Positions 8,665 through 18,378 are shown, counted from the stretch's first letter. The stretch: 64,000 nucleotides of DNA from Clostridia bacterium (GCA_017442155.1 JAFSAU010000004.1:404-64403), one strand, 5' to 3'. Notes: generated by a model from the letters alone, not told the origin. A program made the numbers and translations.

Positions 8665-9582
8665 ATGGAAAAATGGATGCAGCTCAGACCTGCAGTGCCC
8701 GGTACGGGCTTTGCGATGGAAGGCTACTTTGTGTGGTGCGGCTCTGTCATAAAAGAAAACGGAATCTATTATCTGTTCGCGGCACGCTGGCCGGAGGAGA
8801 AGGGGTTTCCCGGCGGGTATCTGACCGACTCGGAAATCGTGCTGGCAACTACCGATGACCTTGCAAAGCCGTTCCAGTTTGAAAAGGTCCTGCTTACAAA
8901 ACGGGATGGCGGCTACTGGGACAGTGCTATGCAGCATAACCCTTTTATTTTCAAAAAGGACGATACGTATATTTTATATTACATCGGCTCTCCGGACGGC
9001 GGCGTGGAGACACGTGCCATCGGGTATGCCTGGTCAAAAAGCCTGACAGACGGCTGGCAACGCTCCGATAAAGCACTTGCCCTTCCGCCGGATGCGAACA
9101 ATCCGGCAGTAGTGCAAGCAGAGGACGGTAGCTTTCTGCTCTATTTCCGGGATAATTTGTGCAGGATGAGCGTGGCACGCGCTTCCGCTTTTGACGGCCC
9201 GTACACGGTTGAAAAATTCAATCTTTTCCCGCGAGGAGCCGTGGAGGATATGTATGTGTACAAAACAGCGGATGGCTACGGCATGATTGCGGAGGACTGC
9301 AATGGCGTTTATACCGGTCTTGGAAAAGGTGGCGTACATTTTTCCTCCAGGGACGGCGTAAACTGGGACGAGGACAGAGCATCCCAGACCTATGATTTTA
9401 ATCTGGAATATACCGACGGCACAAGTCTCCTGCTCCAGCGGCGGGAACGGCCGGTCCTGTTCCGGGACGGGGAAAAGCTGTATCTTATTTCTACCGCCAA
9501 ATGTGGGGGACCGGACCAGTGGAGCGGCGGCCGGACGTGGAATATGGTGCAGGAAATTGAAAGTATCCGGGATGCATTCTGA
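8665..9582 (+). CDS. putative five-bladed beta-propeller glycoside-hydrolase-like protein (GH43/GH117-like)
   Basis: 305 aa. The pattern W-G-SVI-ENGIYYLF, HNPFIF-KDDTYILYY and ERPVLF-DGEKLYL looks like repeated propeller blades as in GH43-type enzymes. There is no signal peptide. Fold-level guess only. Confidence 0.4.
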   Translation: MEKWMQLRPAVPGTGFAMEGYFVWCGSVIKENGIYYLFAARWPEEKGFPGGYLTDSEIVLATTDDLAKPFQFEKVLLTKRDGGYWDSAMQHNPFIFKKDDTYILYYIGSPDGGVETRAIGYAWSKSLTDGWQRSDKALALPPDANNPAVVQAEDGSFLLYFRDNLCRMSVARASAFDGPYTVEKFNLFPRGAVEDMYVYKTADGYGMIAEDCNGVYTGLGKGGVHFSSRDGVNWDEDRASQTYDFNLEYTDGTSLLLQRRERPVLFRDGEKLYLISTAKCGGPDQWSGGRTWNMVQEIESIRDAF

Positions 9583-9619
9583 AAAATCGGAAAATTTTAA
9601 AAAAATATGAAAAATTATC

Positions 9620-9648
9620 TTGACCTTGGACGAGCATTATGATATAAT
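9620..9648 (+). promoter_or_regulatory. sigma-A type promoter with extended -10
   Basis: TTGACC (9620-9625), 17 nt, TATAAT (9643-9648), with TG at 9640-9641. Confidence 0.6.
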
Positions 9649-9684
9649 ATTTCGCAAAGCTAAAAGATAAAAGGAGAGATTCTA

Positions 9685-10620
9685 ATGCCACTCGTAACAA
9701 GCAAAGAAATGTTCAAGAAGGCCTATGACGGCGGTTATGCCATCGGTGCTTTCAACGTGAACAACATGGAAATCATCCAGGGTATCACCGAGGCTGCAAA
9801 GGAAGAAAATGCACCTCTGATTCTCCAGGTTTCCGCAGGCGCACGTAAGTACGCAAACCATACCTATCTCATGAAGCTTATCGAAGCTGCTCTTATTGAG
9901 ACAGACCTTCCGATATGTGTACACCTCGACCATGGTGACAGCTTTGAACTCTGTAAGTCCTGTATCGACGGCGGCTTCACCTCCGTTATGATTGACGGCT
10001 CCCACCTGAGCTTTGAAGACAACATTAAGCTGACAAAGCAGGTTGTGGAATACGCACACGACAAAGGCGTTGTGGTAGAAGGCGAGCTCGGCCGTCTGGC
10101 CGGTATCGAGGATGCAGTAAACGTATCCGCCGAAGATGCTGCCTACACCAATCCCGCTGAAGTTATTGAATTTGTAGAGCGCACAGGTGTTGATTCCCTG
10201 GCTATCGCCATCGGTACCAGCCACGGTGCATACAAGTTTAAGCCCGGCCAGAAGCCCCAGCTTCGTTTTGACATTCTGGAAAAGGTAAGCGAAAAGCTCC
10301 CCGGCTTCCCGATTGTTCTGCACGGTGCTTCTTCCGTTATTCCGGAATTCGTAGAAATGATTAACGCAAACGGCGGCCAGATGCCGGATGCCATCGGTAT
10401 TCCCGAAGATATGCTCAGAAAGGCTGCTTCCATGAGCGTTTGCAAAATCAACATTGACTCTGACCTGCGTCTGGCACTGACCGGTAGCATCCGCAAACAT
10501 TTTGCAGAGCATCCGGATCACTTTGACCCCCGTCAGTACCTCAAACCGGCAAGAGAAGCCATTAAGGGTCTCGTAAAGCATAAGCTGGTGAATGTTCTGG
10601 GCTGCAACGGCAAAGCGTGA
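9685..10620 (+). CDS. fba: class II fructose-1,6-bisphosphate aldolase
   Basis: 311 aa, RBS AAAGGAGAG. MPLVTSKEMFKKAYDGGYAIGAFNVNNMEIIQGI...LILQVS and VHLDHG are the conserved class II aldolase blocks. Confidence 0.9.
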   Translation: MPLVTSKEMFKKAYDGGYAIGAFNVNNMEIIQGITEAAKEENAPLILQVSAGARKYANHTYLMKLIEAALIETDLPICVHLDHGDSFELCKSCIDGGFTSVMIDGSHLSFEDNIKLTKQVVEYAHDKGVVVEGELGRLAGIEDAVNVSAEDAAYTNPAEVIEFVERTGVDSLAIAIGTSHGAYKFKPGQKPQLRFDILEKVSEKLPGFPIVLHGASSVIPEFVEMINANGGQMPDAIGIPEDMLRKAASMSVCKINIDSDLRLALTGSIRKHFAEHPDHFDPRQYLKPAREAIKGLVKHKLVNVLGCNGKA

Positions 10621-10640
10621 AACAGCATTTATAAATTTTG

Positions 10641-10680
10641 AAACAGCCTGTGCATCCATGGATGCACAGGCTGTTTTTTC
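10641..10680 (+). terminator. rho-independent terminator of fba
   Basis: AAACAGCCTGTGCATCC / GGATGCACAGGCTGTTT perfect palindromic stem followed by TTTTC. Confidence 0.8.
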
Positions 10681-10684
10681 GGTA

Positions 10685-10724
10685 TAAAAAACACCCCCCC
10701 GAGGCGTTGCGTACCTTGGGGGTG
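10685..10724 (-). terminator. rho-independent terminator of the PiT/DUF47 unit
   Basis: On the minus strand, CACCCCC...GGGGGGGTG stem followed by TTTTTTAT, directly downstream of the stop at 10741. Confidence 0.6.
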
Positions 10725-10740
10725 ATTTTATTTTAGAAAA

Positions 10741-11367
10741 TCAAGTATTTTTCATGATAACAGAACCAATGCATTCGCTTACGTTTTCGCAGGCGTCTGA
10801 GCAGGCTTCAAAACAATCGAATATCTCACGCCACGAAAGTGTTTCGAGAACATCCTGCGGGCTTTTCATAAGTGCCCGCATGGAGGTGAGATACAGCTTG
10901 TCGCAATCCTCTTCGATATCATTAAGCTTAATAATAAGAGCCTGAATTTTCTGAGATTTTTTAAAATTCTCAAATTCGTCCATAAGCGCACACAGTAGCT
11001 CACAGGACTTCACGATATTTTTGGCAAATACAATTGCAGAAGGATTTATAGAAGTAATGTTATTGATATAAAGCTTCTGCACTATGTCCTCAATTTTGTC
11101 GGTCACGTTATCGAGGTTGTGGCTTAAAAGATCCAGGTCCTCACGGTCGAGGGGGGTTACGAATGCCTTTGCAAGGGCGTCACCCATTTCGTGTCTCTTC
11201 GCATCGGCACTATGCTCAATTTCGTGTATTTCCTCAAGCATACATTCTATCTTGTCCGGATTGTAATTTTCCAGACAATTTACAAGATAGTCTGCCGCTT
11301 TTTTCGAGAGCGCAGTGCACTGCGAAAAATTATCAAAATAAAATTTATCACCTTTGGCCATTTTCAA
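10741..11367 (-). CDS. DUF47 (PhoU-like) protein, PiT partner
   Basis: 208-aa acidic helical protein directly downstream of the PiT gene. The N-terminus KGDKFYFDNF resembles DUF47 starts. The call rests partly on context. Confidence 0.7.
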   Translation of the reverse strand: MKMAKGDKFYFDNFSQCTALSKKAADYLVNCLENYNPDKIECMLEEIHEIEHSADAKRHEMGDALAKAFVTPLDREDLDLLSHNLDNVTDKIEDIVQKLYINNITSINPSAIVFAKNIVKSCELLCALMDEFENFKKSQKIQALIIKLNDIEEDCDKLYLTSMRALMKSPQDVLETLSWREIFDCFEACSDACENVSECIGSVIMKNT

Positions 11368-11379
11368 ACGTCCTTTCCA

Positions 11380-12432
11380 TCATGTAAATAGAAGCATAAA
11401 TAGTTTTGTCATGATAAAGCCTACAAGTCCGCAGCCCGGGAAAGTCAAAACCCACGTCAGCACCATTTCCTTTACCACACTGAAGTTGATTGCAGACACT
11501 CTTTTTACTGCGCCCACGCCCATAATGGAGGTGGTTTTTGCGTGTGTGGTGGATACGGGAAGACTGAATACAGAGCAGAACAAAAGAGACAAGGCCGCTG
11601 CTATATCTGCCGAAAATCCCTGGTATTTTTCCAGCTTTACCATATCCATGCCGACGGATTTTATAATCTTTTTACCGCCCATAGCAGTTCCGAGAGCCAT
11701 AACAACGGAACAGACTACCATCAGCCAGATGGGGATGCTTATGTCGGAGGGCAATGCTTGTCCTTTTGACATATACACACAAAGCAGGATAACGCCCATG
11801 AATTTCTGACCGTCCTGCGCACCGTGCATAAAGGCCATAGAAGCCGCGCCTGCTATTTGTGCACCTCTGAAGAACGGTTCGGTTTTCGGCCGGTTTGCCT
11901 TATAGAAAAGCTTTGTTACAAGCTTACAGACAAGCCAGCCCAACCCAAAACCGAGAGTGACAGAAATTCCGATGCCGTAAACAACTTTTATCCACTCTGC
12001 TCCGTTGACACCTTCCAGACTGTTATGAAGTGCAATGGCACTACCTGTAAGGCCTGCAATGAGCGCATGGCTTTCACTTGTGGGAATGCCAAATACCCAG
12101 GCAATTGTTGCCCACAGAACAATGGCAAACAAAGCAGCACTTAGCGAAATAATAGCCAAATCAGGGTCTGTGCCGAAATCCACCATTTTAGTAATGGTTT
12201 CGGCAACGGTTGCATTGATAAGCGTCATAACAAAGACACCGAGGAAATTAAACAGCGCGGCCATGAGAATTGCCGCTTTCGGTGGCATACACCTCGTTAC
12301 AACACATGTTGCAATCGCGTTTGGCGCATCTGTCCATCCGTTTACCAGGATAACCCCGAGCGTCAGCAGTACGGCGATGAATAACAACGGATTAGCCGTC
12401 ATTTGTTCCCAGAAAAGTAAAATTGAGTCCAT
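11380..12432 (-). CDS. pit: inorganic phosphate transporter, PiT family
   Basis: 350-aa membrane protein. NGWTDAPNAIATCV matches the PitA NGFHDTANAIAT block. Confidence 0.85.
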   Translation of the reverse strand: MDSILLFWEQMTANPLLFIAVLLTLGVILVNGWTDAPNAIATCVVTRCMPPKAAILMAALFNFLGVFVMTLINATVAETITKMVDFGTDPDLAIISLSAALFAIVLWATIAWVFGIPTSESHALIAGLTGSAIALHNSLEGVNGAEWIKVVYGIGISVTLGFGLGWLVCKLVTKLFYKANRPKTEPFFRGAQIAGAASMAFMHGAQDGQKFMGVILLCVYMSKGQALPSDISIPIWLMVVCSVVMALGTAMGGKKIIKSVGMDMVKLEKYQGFSADIAAALSLLFCSVFSLPVSTTHAKTTSIMGVGAVKRVSAINFSVVKEMVLTWVLTFPGCGLVGFIMTKLFMLLFT

Positions 12433-12450
12433 AAATACCGTACCTTTGCC

Positions 12451-14016
12451 TTACAGTTCTGTATTTGATTTCACGATTTCAAAATCTTCTTCAATTTCTT
12501 TTGCAGGGGGAGGCGTCAGTAAAGACACAGCTATAATGACGATGGACGAGAAAATGAAGGCGGGGAGCAGCTCGTATATAGCAAATGCACCACCGAGCTT
12601 GGAAATAAGAAGCTTCCAGATAAATACCATCGCTGCACCGCTCACCATACCTGCAACTGCGCCTTCCTTTGTGGTTCTCTTCCAGAAAAGCGAGAACAGC
12701 ATAATCGGACCGAAGGTGGCACCAAAACCAGCCCAGGCAAAGGAAACAATCTTAAAGATGATACTCTTTTCATTGAGCGCAATCACAGCAGCAATTACAG
12801 CAATCGTCAGAAGAGTAATTCGGGAGATTGTCATGACCTGCTTGTCGGTGGCTTTTTTGTTACATACGCCCTGGTAAATATTCTTTGCAAACGCAGATGC
12901 CGCAATCAGCAGATAGGAGTCAGAAGAACTGATGGTTGCCGCCAGTATTCCTGCCATTACAAAGCCTGCTAAAATTGCCGGAAGGGAGCTGGTTGCAAGC
13001 GTTATAAATATATTTTCTGCATCTGTTGCTGTCAGGTGTACCGTGGGATAAAGCTGTCTGCCGACAATACCGATAAATACGGCAACGGCGAGAGAAATCA
13101 CAACCCATATCATGGCAATCCGTCTGGACCGCTTCAGCTCGTCTTCCTTGCGGATAGCCATAAATCTGAGGAGAACCTGCGGCATACCGAAGTATCCGAG
13201 ACCCCATGCAAGCATCGAGCAGACCTTAAGCCAGCCATATTCAGTGGCCGCACCAAACAGGGGTTTTCCGGCTTCAACGAGCTGCTGTCCGTCGGCACCC
13301 AGTGACGGGGAGGCAAGCCCGAAAAATTCAAAAAAGCCGGGAATTGATTTTGCATTTTCGACTACAGTACCAATACCGCCTGCACTTATTGTGCTGATAA
13401 TTACGATTACTGCGAGAGCAATGATCATTACAATGCCCTGCATGAAGTCAGAAGCACTTTCGGCTAAGAATCCGCCGAGCAATGTATAAAGAAGCACAAA
13501 TACTGCCCCAATAAGCATCATCGATACATACGGTGCTCCGAAAAGGGTGGAAAAGAGCTTTCCACAGGTTACGAAACAGCTTGACGCGTACACTGTGAAG
13601 AAAATAAGAATAAATAAGGCAGACAGTGTCATGATTACCTTCTTATTTTCATGGAATCTGTTGGAGAAAAATTCGGGCAGAGTGATGGAGTTGTTGGCCC
13701 GTATACTGTACCGGCGAAGCCGCTTGGATACAAAGAGCCAGTTGAAATATGTACCGACGGCGAGACCGATTGCCGTCCATGCCGCATCGGCAAGACCGCA
13801 CCAATATGCAACGCCCGGAAGGCCCATAAGAAGCCACCCGCTCATATCAGATGCTTCCGCACTCATAGCCGTCACCCAAGGACCGAGTGAACGACCGCCC
13901 AGGAAATAATTTTCGGAGTTTTTGTTTGCACTTTTTGCAAAAACCACACCGATTGCGATTACAATAGCCATATATACGATCATAGCTATTAAAATCTGAG
14001 TTGTTTGACTGTTCAT
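12451..14016 (-). CDS. putP: sodium:proline symporter (SSF family)
   Basis: 521 aa, RBS AAGGAGGA. NYFLGGRSLGPWVTAMSAEASDMSGWLLMGLPG is the conserved PutP N-terminal block. Confidence 0.85.
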   Translation of the reverse strand: MNSQTTQILIAMIVYMAIVIAIGVVFAKSANKNSENYFLGGRSLGPWVTAMSAEASDMSGWLLMGLPGVAYWCGLADAAWTAIGLAVGTYFNWLFVSKRLRRYSIRANNSITLPEFFSNRFHENKKVIMTLSALFILIFFTVYASSCFVTCGKLFSTLFGAPYVSMMLIGAVFVLLYTLLGGFLAESASDFMQGIVMIIALAVIVIISTISAGGIGTVVENAKSIPGFFEFFGLASPSLGADGQQLVEAGKPLFGAATEYGWLKVCSMLAWGLGYFGMPQVLLRFMAIRKEDELKRSRRIAMIWVVISLAVAVFIGIVGRQLYPTVHLTATDAENIFITLATSSLPAILAGFVMAGILAATISSSDSYLLIAASAFAKNIYQGVCNKKATDKQVMTISRITLLTIAVIAAVIALNEKSIIFKIVSFAWAGFGATFGPIMLFSLFWKRTTKEGAVAGMVSGAAMVFIWKLLISKLGGAFAIYELLPAFIFSSIVIIAVSLLTPPPAKEIEEDFEIVKSNTEL

Positions 14017-14122
14017 AAATTTATCCTCCTTTAGTAAAATAATTAAATCTGCCTAAACTAACCCATTGTATACAGTATACCATTTAAGCGGTTAAGAATT
14101 GGTAAAGATTTCTTGCGGCATG

Positions 14123-14833
14123 TCAGAATAGCGTTTCACCGTTCATACGGTACCCAACGCCTGGCTCATTCACAATGTAATTTGCAGTGCCGGAGGCGGC
14201 GCGGAATTTTTTTCGGATGTTTGCCATATTCACCTGCAGCTTTTTGTTGCTGTTCGGATCGCTGTGTCCCCAGAGGGCTTTTATGATGGCGGTGTAGGGA
14301 AGCAGCTTGCCTGCATATTCGGAAAGCAGAGCCAGAATATTATATTCGGTCTGGGTCAGCCGGATTTCCGTCTCTGCGATAAAAACCCGCCGGGCATCAT
14401 AGTCAATAACAAGACCGTCTGCGGCATACCGGCCGCCGGGAAATCTGCCGGCATCCGCACTGTGCCTTGCATTCCGGAGCGCGGCACGGACCCTGGCAAC
14501 AAGCTCTTCGGAGCCAAAGGGTTTTGTGATATAATCGTTGGCACCGCTGTCCAGTGCCTGCACCTTACTTTTTTCATCACTGCGTGCAGACAGAATAATC
14601 ACCGGCGTCAGGGAATAGGAGCGGACTGCAGTCAGGAAGGTCATACCGTCAGCATCGGGGAGGCCAAGATTCAGTATAACAAGATCCGGTCGGTGCGAGG
14701 AAAATAAAAGCTGCCCGGTTCGACAGGACTTCGCGGAAATTGCCCGGTAACCGTTCGATTCAAGAAGTGCGGTGAGCAGGTTGTTTGTGGCAGCTTCATC
14801 TTCTATAACAAGAATTTTATATTTGTTGTTCAT
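14123..14833 (-). CDS. OmpR/KdpE-like response regulator, phospho-acceptor Asp replaced by Asn
   Basis: ATG 14833 follows GGAGGA and gives MNNKYKILVIEDE. The receiver domain aligns with E. coli KdpE (PDLIILDLGLPDGDG against PDLVILNLGLPDADG). A winged-helix C-terminus ends VGYRM. The ORF-track start at 14938 is rejected. Confidence 0.85.
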   Translation of the reverse strand: MNNKYKILVIEDEAATNNLLTALLESNGYRAISAKSCRTGQLLFSSHRPDLVILNLGLPDADGMTFLTAVRSYSLTPVIILSARSDEKSKVQALDSGANDYITKPFGSEELVARVRAALRNARHSADAGRFPGGRYAADGLVIDYDARRVFIAETEIRLTQTEYNILALLSEYAGKLLPYTAIIKALWGHSDPNSNKKLQVNMANIRKKFRAASGTANYIVNEPGVGYRMNGETLF

Positions 14834-15146
14834 CAGGAATCCTCCGTAGCTTAAAGTGTATCCGGTAGTGCAGTAAGACTTGAACCCGATATGGTTTAAA
14901 AACATAAATTCATCATAATATTGCAGAAAATCCTGCAAATATACGTCAGTATTATTCTTGAATTTTCTTTGTCTTATAGAAGAATTTATCGTTTTTAAAC
15001 TCTTCGACCAAAAACGAAGAAAAATTTATAATACTTTTGATGCGGAAGTCGCAGCAGGGCTGACGCCCTGCAAAACCGACAAATCAAAAGGATTGAAATT
15101 TGGCAAGTTTATGGCATATTGTGTTCGAGTCATACTGCACTACGCG

Positions 15147-16103
15147 TTAACGGTTAACAACGTTGATTGCATTCCCTTCAAGATATGCTCTCAGATTTTC
15201 TGTGGCAATATGGATAAGACGGGCACGGGCCTCAGGTGTAGCCCAGGCAATATGGGGCGTAATAAAGCAGTTCGGCGCGCCGAGGAGGGGACTGTCTGCC
15301 GGCATGGGCTCCTGTGCACATACATCGAGACCTGCACCCCTGATTTTTCCGCTTTCCAGTGCCGAACGTAAATCTGTCTCACACACGGCTGCCCCGCGGG
15401 AGGTATTGAGCAGAATTACACCGTCTTTCATTTTATCAATAGTTTCTTTTCGGATAAGGTTTTCAGTTTCAGCCGTCAACGGAGCGTGCAGGGAAATCAC
15501 GTCTGAGCGGCGAAACAGCGTTTCTAAATCCGTATAGGTATACCGCGATCCGGGGAGCGGGGCACAGCGGCGGTTGGTGTACAGCACCTGCATACCAAGT
15601 GCGGCAGCAATATCTGCCACAGCCTGGCCGATGGCACCGAAGCCAACAATGCCTATCGTTTTGCCGGCCAGTTCTAAAAGCGGCGTATTCCAATAGCAGA
15701 AGTCTTGGGAACGGACCCAGGCACCTTTTTGTACGCTTTGACTGTGGTCACCCACACGGAAGCAGATTTCAAGAAGCAAAGAAATTGTCATTTGCGCAAC
15801 AGAGGCAGTACTGTAGGCCGGAATGTTGCATACGGTAACCCCTTTTTTCTTTGCGTATTCCAGATTCACAAGATTATATCCCGTGGATAGAAGCCCCAGA
15901 AACCGCACAGAGGGACAGCGGTCAAAAATATCCGCCGGCAGCACAGTTTTGTTCATATATACAATTTCAGCATTTCCGATGCGCTCTGTCACATCCTCAG
16001 TGGACGTGCGGTCATAAACAGTCAACTCTCCGAAAGCGCGGAGGGCATCCCAGGAAAGGTCTCCGGGATTTGTGGTGTATCCGTCTAAAATTACAATTTT
16101 CAT
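15147..16103 (-). CDS. D-isomer-specific 2-hydroxyacid dehydrogenase (glycerate dehydrogenase-like)
   Basis: 318 aa, RBS AAGGAGGAAG. GIVGFGAIGQAVA (NAD motif), NTSRGAAV and FITPHIAWAT (catalytic His region) are present. Confidence 0.8.
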   Translation of the reverse strand: MKIVILDGYTTNPGDLSWDALRAFGELTVYDRTSTEDVTERIGNAEIVYMNKTVLPADIFDRCPSVRFLGLLSTGYNLVNLEYAKKKGVTVCNIPAYSTASVAQMTISLLLEICFRVGDHSQSVQKGAWVRSQDFCYWNTPLLELAGKTIGIVGFGAIGQAVADIAAALGMQVLYTNRRCAPLPGSRYTYTDLETLFRRSDVISLHAPLTAETENLIRKETIDKMKDGVILLNTSRGAAVCETDLRSALESGKIRGAGLDVCAQEPMPADSPLLGAPNCFITPHIAWATPEARARLIHIATENLRAYLEGNAINVVNR

Positions 16104-16228
16104 TCATCTTCCTCCTTGTCTATTATATTGTAGCAGAAAAACACAAGTACGTCAAAACAATTTTAAAATAAATCAGTGCTTACTTCGGAGGAGGCGGCAA
16201 CGAACTGATTTTATGTAAAATCGTAAAA

Positions 16229-16258
16229 TTGAGTGCAAAATTTGCAAAAATACATAAT
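16229..16258 (+). promoter_or_regulatory. candidate promoter of the AraC gene
   Basis: TTGAGT (16229-16234), 18-nt spacer, CATAAT (16253-16258). The spacing is suboptimal. Confidence 0.3.
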
Positions 16259-16308
16259 ATTGAGACTTTACGGAAAAACAAATTTGTTTTATAATTGAAT
16301 TGTACACA

Positions 16309-17211
16309 ATGAACAAAGGAAAGGCGAGGGCAGACGTGACAAAACTGGAATATATTTATGGAGACACCCCGGCTTTTATCGTGAAATATGAAGAAGCAAC
16401 CTATGAAAAATGGCACTTTCATGATTTCTGGGAAATTCAGTATGTATCGCAGGGACACGGCTTTCATCTGATTGGGGATGAAAAAATTGAGGTGAAGGCG
16501 GGTGACGTGTTCCTGACAAGCTTTGGCGTGAATCACTGTTTTGTTTCATGCGATGCCAGGGAACCGCTTGTGCTGACGAACTGCGTGTTTCGCCGGGAGA
16601 CGTTTGAAGAGCTTCCGCTGAATCTGGAGGATTTCACAGAGCTTGGAAGTGACATTCTGTATACCTTTGCATTCAAGGATGATACAGAGGTATCGTCATA
16701 CATTCGTGTTTACGATAAGGATTTGCGGATACGAAAGCTTCTGGAGCTGATGGAAGCGGAAAATGCGATGCAGGATTCCGGCTTCCAGGATATGCTCAGG
16801 CTTTACCTTTCGGAACTGATTATTCTGTTTTTGCGTTTGCATAAGGAACAGTCGAAGGAAAATGCGTCGATTGACGCACAGCGGGAGTACATCGGGGAGG
16901 TGCTTGAATATATCAAATACAATTATACGCAGAAAATTTCCTTAAAACAGCTGGCGGCCATTGCAACAATCAGCCCGAATCATCTTTGCTCCGTTTTTAA
17001 AAATATGACGGGGAAAACCGTTTCGGAATACATTCAGGAGATGCGGCTGCAGAATATCTGCCGGATGCTTCGGGAAACGGATGTGTCTTTTGAAAAAATT
17101 GCAAATGAAAATGGATATGAAGGGCGTAATTTCCTGCAGAAACTGTTTATAAAAACGTATGGAATGACGCCGGGCGAGTACCGGAAAAACGTCCGGGAAA
17201 AACAGGATTGA
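16309..17211 (+). CDS. AraC-family transcriptional regulator (cupin sensor + HTH), module A
   Basis: N-terminal cupin-like region (HFHDFWEIQYVSQGHG), C-terminal dual HTH (LKQLAAIATISPNHLCSVFK...GMTPGEYR). The start is uncertain. ATG 16309 lacks an RBS, whereas GTG 16336 follows GAGGG with a 5-nt spacer. Confidence 0.8.
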   Translation: MNKGKARADVTKLEYIYGDTPAFIVKYEEATYEKWHFHDFWEIQYVSQGHGFHLIGDEKIEVKAGDVFLTSFGVNHCFVSCDAREPLVLTNCVFRRETFEELPLNLEDFTELGSDILYTFAFKDDTEVSSYIRVYDKDLRIRKLLELMEAENAMQDSGFQDMLRLYLSELIILFLRLHKEQSKENASIDAQREYIGEVLEYIKYNYTQKISLKQLAAIATISPNHLCSVFKNMTGKTVSEYIQEMRLQNICRMLRETDVSFEKIANENGYEGRNFLQKLFIKTYGMTPGEYRKNVREKQD

Positions 17212-17231
17212 GAAGCACCGCGTGCTTTTTA
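17212..17231 (+). terminator. weak hairpin between the AraC gene and the module A operon
   Basis: GAAGCAC-CGC-GTGCTT stem of 6-7 bp followed by TTTTTAAT. This may be a leaky terminator or attenuator. Confidence 0.3.
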
Positions 17232-17258
17232 ATAAAAAATTTAGGAGGAAGAACAACA

Positions 17259-18356
17259 ATGAAACACACAAAAAGGAATCTGGCACTTGGGCTATGTATG
17301 CTGCTTTTATGCATGGCTTTCGCACCCCTGGGTGTCGCGGCAGAAAGCACAAATCTTATTGAAAACGGTAGTATGGATGAAGAAGACTGGTATTACACGC
17401 AGGGGCCGGCTGGATGGAGCCTGAACAAAACGGCGGATGTCTGGAGCAAAACGGTGGAAGAACATGGGAAATATCTTGAAAACGGTGGCACACAGAAAAC
17501 GGCTTACATTTACCATCAGACCGGCGGTATCAATAACAGCCCCTATGTGGAAATTGATGCAGTAACGTATGCAAGCGGCGATGGAGATCCGAAAATCAAG
17601 CTTCCCTGGATTGAGGATATAGAAGGGGATACATGGTATACTCTCACATTCTATTCTCAGAGACTGGATAATACACTTGCACCTAAGGTGGCGATGACTT
17701 TTGCAAGTGATGATGCACTAACTGTCGGAAGCTTGAATACTAGTAGCGGTGCGATTGGAACAGGACTTCTGGGGTATAATTACAAACCAAACACCTGGCT
17801 GAAATATCAGATTCGTTTTAAGGCACCCTCCTGGGCCTGGAAGGTACAGATGACTTTTGGCGGGATTATGAAAACAAGCGGAACCAAGGTGAAGATTGCA
17901 TACGATAATTTTTCATTATGCAAAGATGAAAGCGGTATAGAATATATGGAACCGGCAATCAGCGGTGTTGGTGGTGCATCTGCCTGGCCGTACACTTCTT
18001 TGACTCTTACTGATGATAACACAACGGTTATGCCAATTGCTGTTTTATACGGACGGATTCCGTATACCGTGCGTCCGGCTGACGGTAAGGTGATGGCAGC
18101 ATTTTACTACAATGCAGGCGCGAGTACAGAAAATGTGACTTGTATTTCTGCGGTGTATAAGAAAACGGCCGAAGGGACTACGCTGGTAAACTGTTATATA
18201 GACGAAATGGTCCGTGCGGCCGAAATCAACCGCCTGGAGCAGGAAATCACGTTGCCCGAAGCGGCAGAAGGCGTGGAATACACGGTGAAGTCCTACATCT
18301 GGAGCAGTATGACGGGACTTGCACCCTTAGGGGTTTCAAACAGCTTCACCTATTAA
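17259..18356 (+). CDS. secreted CBM-only protein (module A, gene 1)
   Basis: ATG 17259 follows AGGAGGA. Sec signal peptide MKHTKRNLALGLCMLLLCMAFAPLGVAAES, then NLIENGSMD, the entry motif of CBM4/9/22-like jelly rolls. The C-terminal roughly 110 aa end VKSYIWSSMTGLAPL. No barrel domain. 365 aa. Confidence 0.7.
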   Translation: MKHTKRNLALGLCMLLLCMAFAPLGVAAESTNLIENGSMDEEDWYYTQGPAGWSLNKTADVWSKTVEEHGKYLENGGTQKTAYIYHQTGGINNSPYVEIDAVTYASGDGDPKIKLPWIEDIEGDTWYTLTFYSQRLDNTLAPKVAMTFASDDALTVGSLNTSSGAIGTGLLGYNYKPNTWLKYQIRFKAPSWAWKVQMTFGGIMKTSGTKVKIAYDNFSLCKDESGIEYMEPAISGVGGASAWPYTSLTLTDDNTTVMPIAVLYGRIPYTVRPADGKVMAAFYYNAGASTENVTCISAVYKKTAEGTTLVNCYIDEMVRAAEINRLEQEITLPEAAEGVEYTVKSYIWSSMTGLAPLGVSNSFTY

Positions 18357-18378
18357 GCCTGTGAAAAAAGAGGGAACA

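Noticed and set aside
9682-10659. 325-aa ORF on the minus strand
   Set aside because: It is antisense to the clearly identifiable class II FBP aldolase gene. It runs through the fba terminator and has no RBS.
16180-16536. 118-aa minus-strand ORF overlapping the AraC (module A) start region
   Set aside because: It is antisense to the AraC cupin domain and to an AT-rich promoter region, with no RBS or motif.
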